A stretch of 28,658 nucleotides of DNA from positions 1 to 28,658 of the IMG/VR virus record IMGVR_UViG_3300030372_001197, one strand, 5' to 3'. Both the position numbers and the translations under genes were made by a program. Shown in pieces: positions 26,331 through 28,658 of the stretch (position 1 is the first letter of the stretch; every line of letters begins with the position of its first letter). Source of the DNA: a virus. Lineage: Duplodnaviria; Caudoviricetes. A model generated the notes under the pieces. It made no database searches. It saw only the letters and a list, made by a program, of their open reading frames with translations, and was not told the DNA's origin.

Positions 26331-28157
26331 TTACTTCCAGCTATTAATAAAATTGCTTTTTGGCTTAGTATTTCTATTTTTTTGCTGATTTTGAACTATA
26401 TTTAGATCTTGTTTAGATCCGCTTACTAATCTTTCCTCAATTAAATCAAAATTTGGATTAAGCAGATAAATTGCAGCAAAATTATAAACAGTTACATCTA
26501 GGGCCTCATTTCTTGGCCTAATTTGTTTCCAGGCCAAGGTTTTGCGGCCACGAATCCATTTAGTAATTCTTTTTTCAGCTGTAAGCTGCTGAAAGTAATC
26601 TTCTTCAAGATCTGCTGGAAAATGCAGTGTTGTTTGATCATCTTCGGCATTAAGTCTAGCAAATATGTTTTCTTTGGCCGTATCTGTTCCAACTGTGTAT
26701 AAAGCAACCTGTGTTTTACCCACATAACTTGGCTTGCTTACAATTGGTTTACCTGGAACATTAGCACCTTTAATCGCAAATATTCTTCTGCCCTGGCGTG
26801 GTTTTGTAAATGAATAAACTTGGTTTGTATGATGTCCACCAGAATCAATGCAAGTGGCTGATATTGCAATGGATCTTCCAGATTCTGTTTTAAATCTGCT
26901 TTTTAAATATAGATCTAACTCATTCCAGACATTAACTGCATTTGGATCTCCCCAAAATACTTTGTATTCAATAACCCAGGCCTCATAGTTATGGCCCCAA
27001 CCCATTACCTGGGCCTCTAATCTATCTTTTTGAGTATCTACGCCACAAGTTGCAACCAATATTTCTTCTGGTAGCGTTAAAGCATCATAATTTAATCTTC
27101 TGGCCAACAATCCTTCATGTTCTACACCATCGCCTTGTTCTTCCCAACTCTCACCCAGGCTAGTGTTAATAAATGTCTTTAACATTTCTGGCATCTTCTT
27201 GGCCTCTAAGAAATTTTGGGCCATAGAGGCCCAAGTTGACCAGGGAGAATACAATTCTGATATGTGAAAGCCAGCTGTATCAACTGAAGTTTCTGTTGCT
27301 TGCCATTCTCCATGTTTTAACATCCAAGGTTTTTTAGATTCATCAATTACAGATCCACATTCCTGGCAACAATAATGAGCAGTTTCTGGCTTGTTTTCAT
27401 CCCAAACAACATTCTTCCACATTAATCTTTGTTTGGTATGACACTCTGGACATGGAACCATGAAATACCTTTTATCAGATTCCTCAAATGCGGCCTCAAT
27501 TTTAGAGATCCCTTTAACTGTTGGAGTGCTACACATATAGATTTTACGATTCCAGAAGGTTTTGGTTCTTGCTATGGCCAGATCTGTTGGAGATCCCTCG
27601 GATCCAGCTGAAAGTTCATAACGATCAACCTCATCTAGCAAAAGAACTCTTATTGGCCTACTTGCAAGGCCAGCAGCTGAATTAGATCCAACCAATGATA
27701 AATGGCCGCCAGGAAACTTCTTATGCAGCACAGTATTGCCGCTATCTCTGGATCTTGATTCAGCAACCAAATCTTTTATCTTTTTTGTGTCTCTTATCAT
27801 GGCCGCAAGTCTATCTTTAGAGAATGATTGGGCCATGGCCAAAGTTGGTTGAACACATAACATCGGAGAAGGATCTTGATCCATGTAATAAGCAATTGCA
27901 TTTAAGACCAATTCTGTTTTGCCAACCTGTGAAGATGTCATTACAACTATTCGTTGAATGTTAGGATCATTAAAAGTGTCCATAATCTCTCTTTGATATT
28001 CCGCCCTGGTTGTATTCCATTGGCCAGCTTCGGCTGAGTTTTCTGGTGATAACCTTCTATGGCTATCAGCCCAGCTTGATATGGTTAGATCTGGCGGTGG
28101 ATTAAATACTTTCTTCGTGTTGTTCAACACGATCTGCATATTTTGTAGGTATTCCAT
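26331..28157 (-). CDS. terL: terminase large subunit, lambda gpA family
   Basis: Walker A SSQVGKT, Walker B LLDEVDRY, CSTPT, VPCPEC zinc motif, GVDTQ, IDSGG and RNEALD. Confidence 0.97.
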   Translation of the reverse strand: MEYLQNMQIVLNNTKKVFNPPPDLTISSWADSHRRLSPENSAEAGQWNTTRAEYQREIMDTFNDPNIQRIVVMTSSQVGKTELVLNAIAYYMDQDPSPMLCVQPTLAMAQSFSKDRLAAMIRDTKKIKDLVAESRSRDSGNTVLHKKFPGGHLSLVGSNSAAGLASRPIRVLLLDEVDRYELSAGSEGSPTDLAIARTKTFWNRKIYMCSTPTVKGISKIEAAFEESDKRYFMVPCPECHTKQRLMWKNVVWDENKPETAHYCCQECGSVIDESKKPWMLKHGEWQATETSVDTAGFHISELYSPWSTWASMAQNFLEAKKMPEMLKTFINTSLGESWEEQGDGVEHEGLLARRLNYDALTLPEEILVATCGVDTQKDRLEAQVMGWGHNYEAWVIEYKVFWGDPNAVNVWNELDLYLKSRFKTESGRSIAISATCIDSGGHHTNQVYSFTKPRQGRRIFAIKGANVPGKPIVSKPSYVGKTQVALYTVGTDTAKENIFARLNAEDDQTTLHFPADLEEDYFQQLTAEKRITKWIRGRKTLAWKQIRPRNEALDVTVYNFAAIYLLNPNFDLIEERLVSGSKQDLNIVQNQQKNRNTKPKSNFINSWK

Positions 28158-28602
28158 CTTCTGATAACTCGCTTAGTGCATCATGCACATTTTCTTTTAT
28201 TAATAATTCAGCTTCTGCATATTTGTCCAGGGCAATGACTTGATGCGCAATCTTGCTTGGTAGTGCCAAAAGTTTTGCCCTGGCGTTGGCTACAAAGTCA
28301 GTCCAGGTATCTTGAACAAGCTGTGCTGGTATAAGTTGGCCTTCTAATTCTGAAACTTCTAATTCTGCTTTATCAGCCTGGGCCTTAGTAAGCCTGGTCT
28401 TTTCCTCTGCTATATCGCCACTACCACCTCTTTTGTTGTATCCACCTAATTTTCTAAGATAAGAAATGTAGGCAATTCTGCAAACATCCAGGTTTAATGG
28501 GGATCTGCCCATTTTAGAGGGCAAAATACCATCCCTTATGAGTTCTGAGATCCTTTTGGTGCTTAGATCCAAGTGTTCTGCTAATTCCCTCTGAGTGGCC
28601 AT
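28102..28602 (-). CDS. terS: terminase small subunit, Nu1-like
   Basis: N-terminal HTH TQRELAEHLDLSTKRISEL and EKTRLTKAQADKAELE coiled coil; overlaps the terL start. Confidence 0.9.
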   Translation of the reverse strand: MATQRELAEHLDLSTKRISELIRDGILPSKMGRSPLNLDVCRIAYISYLRKLGGYNKRGGSGDIAEEKTRLTKAQADKAELEVSELEGQLIPAQLVQDTWTDFVANARAKLLALPSKIAHQVIALDKYAEAELLIKENVHDALSELSEDGIPTKYADRVEQHEESI

Positions 28603-28658
28603 AATTACCTAATTAAAAAGAGGCTGTCGCTAGAAAAATACTGCGGTGCGAATTTACC

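Noticed and set aside
137-27611. Plus-strand ORFs and nested minus-strand ORFs in the track (e.g. 952-1305, 5697-6038, 10379-10762, 18329-18727, 8326-8589)
   Set aside because: They lie within well-supported genes, show no recognisable motifs and look like shadow frames.
26331-28157. Intein or intron in terL
   Set aside because: Length (608 aa) and motif order are normal for gpA.

Overview
About 28.7 kb of a low-GC (roughly 35-37% by eye), probably aquatic/marine tailed phage with a non-contractile tail. Every credible gene is on the minus strand. Read right to left: lambda-like terminase (TerS, TerL), gpW-like adaptor, lambda-family portal, fused HK97-type protease/major capsid gene, two paralogous head-closure genes, tail terminator, tail tube, gpG/gpGT chaperones with an A_AAA_AAG -1 frameshift, tape measure, distal tail, hub, gpJ-like tip, a large fibre/lectin module, lysis genes and a PD-(D/E)XK endonuclease. 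These are followed by a small-ORF cassette and an early/regulatory region (serine-recombinase-like protein, MarR-like wHTH, YqaJ exonuclease, RHH protein). The most unusual signals are: (1) an intact serine recombinase homologue whose catalytic residues are all replaced; (2) two matching 49-bp TTACGA-N37-TCGTAA sites, 21.7 kb apart, each between a stop codon and a predicted promoter; (3) a promoter- and terminator-bounded array of small ORFs joined by a repeated 15-nt junction; (4) strong enrichment, rather than avoidance, of GGCC/RGATCY/CCWGG/CAGCTG, with a GGCC-free gap over two receptor-binding genes; (5) a dispersed 17-bp intergenic motif and a 13-bp tandem array. All product calls are from motif recognition by eye; no database searches were run.
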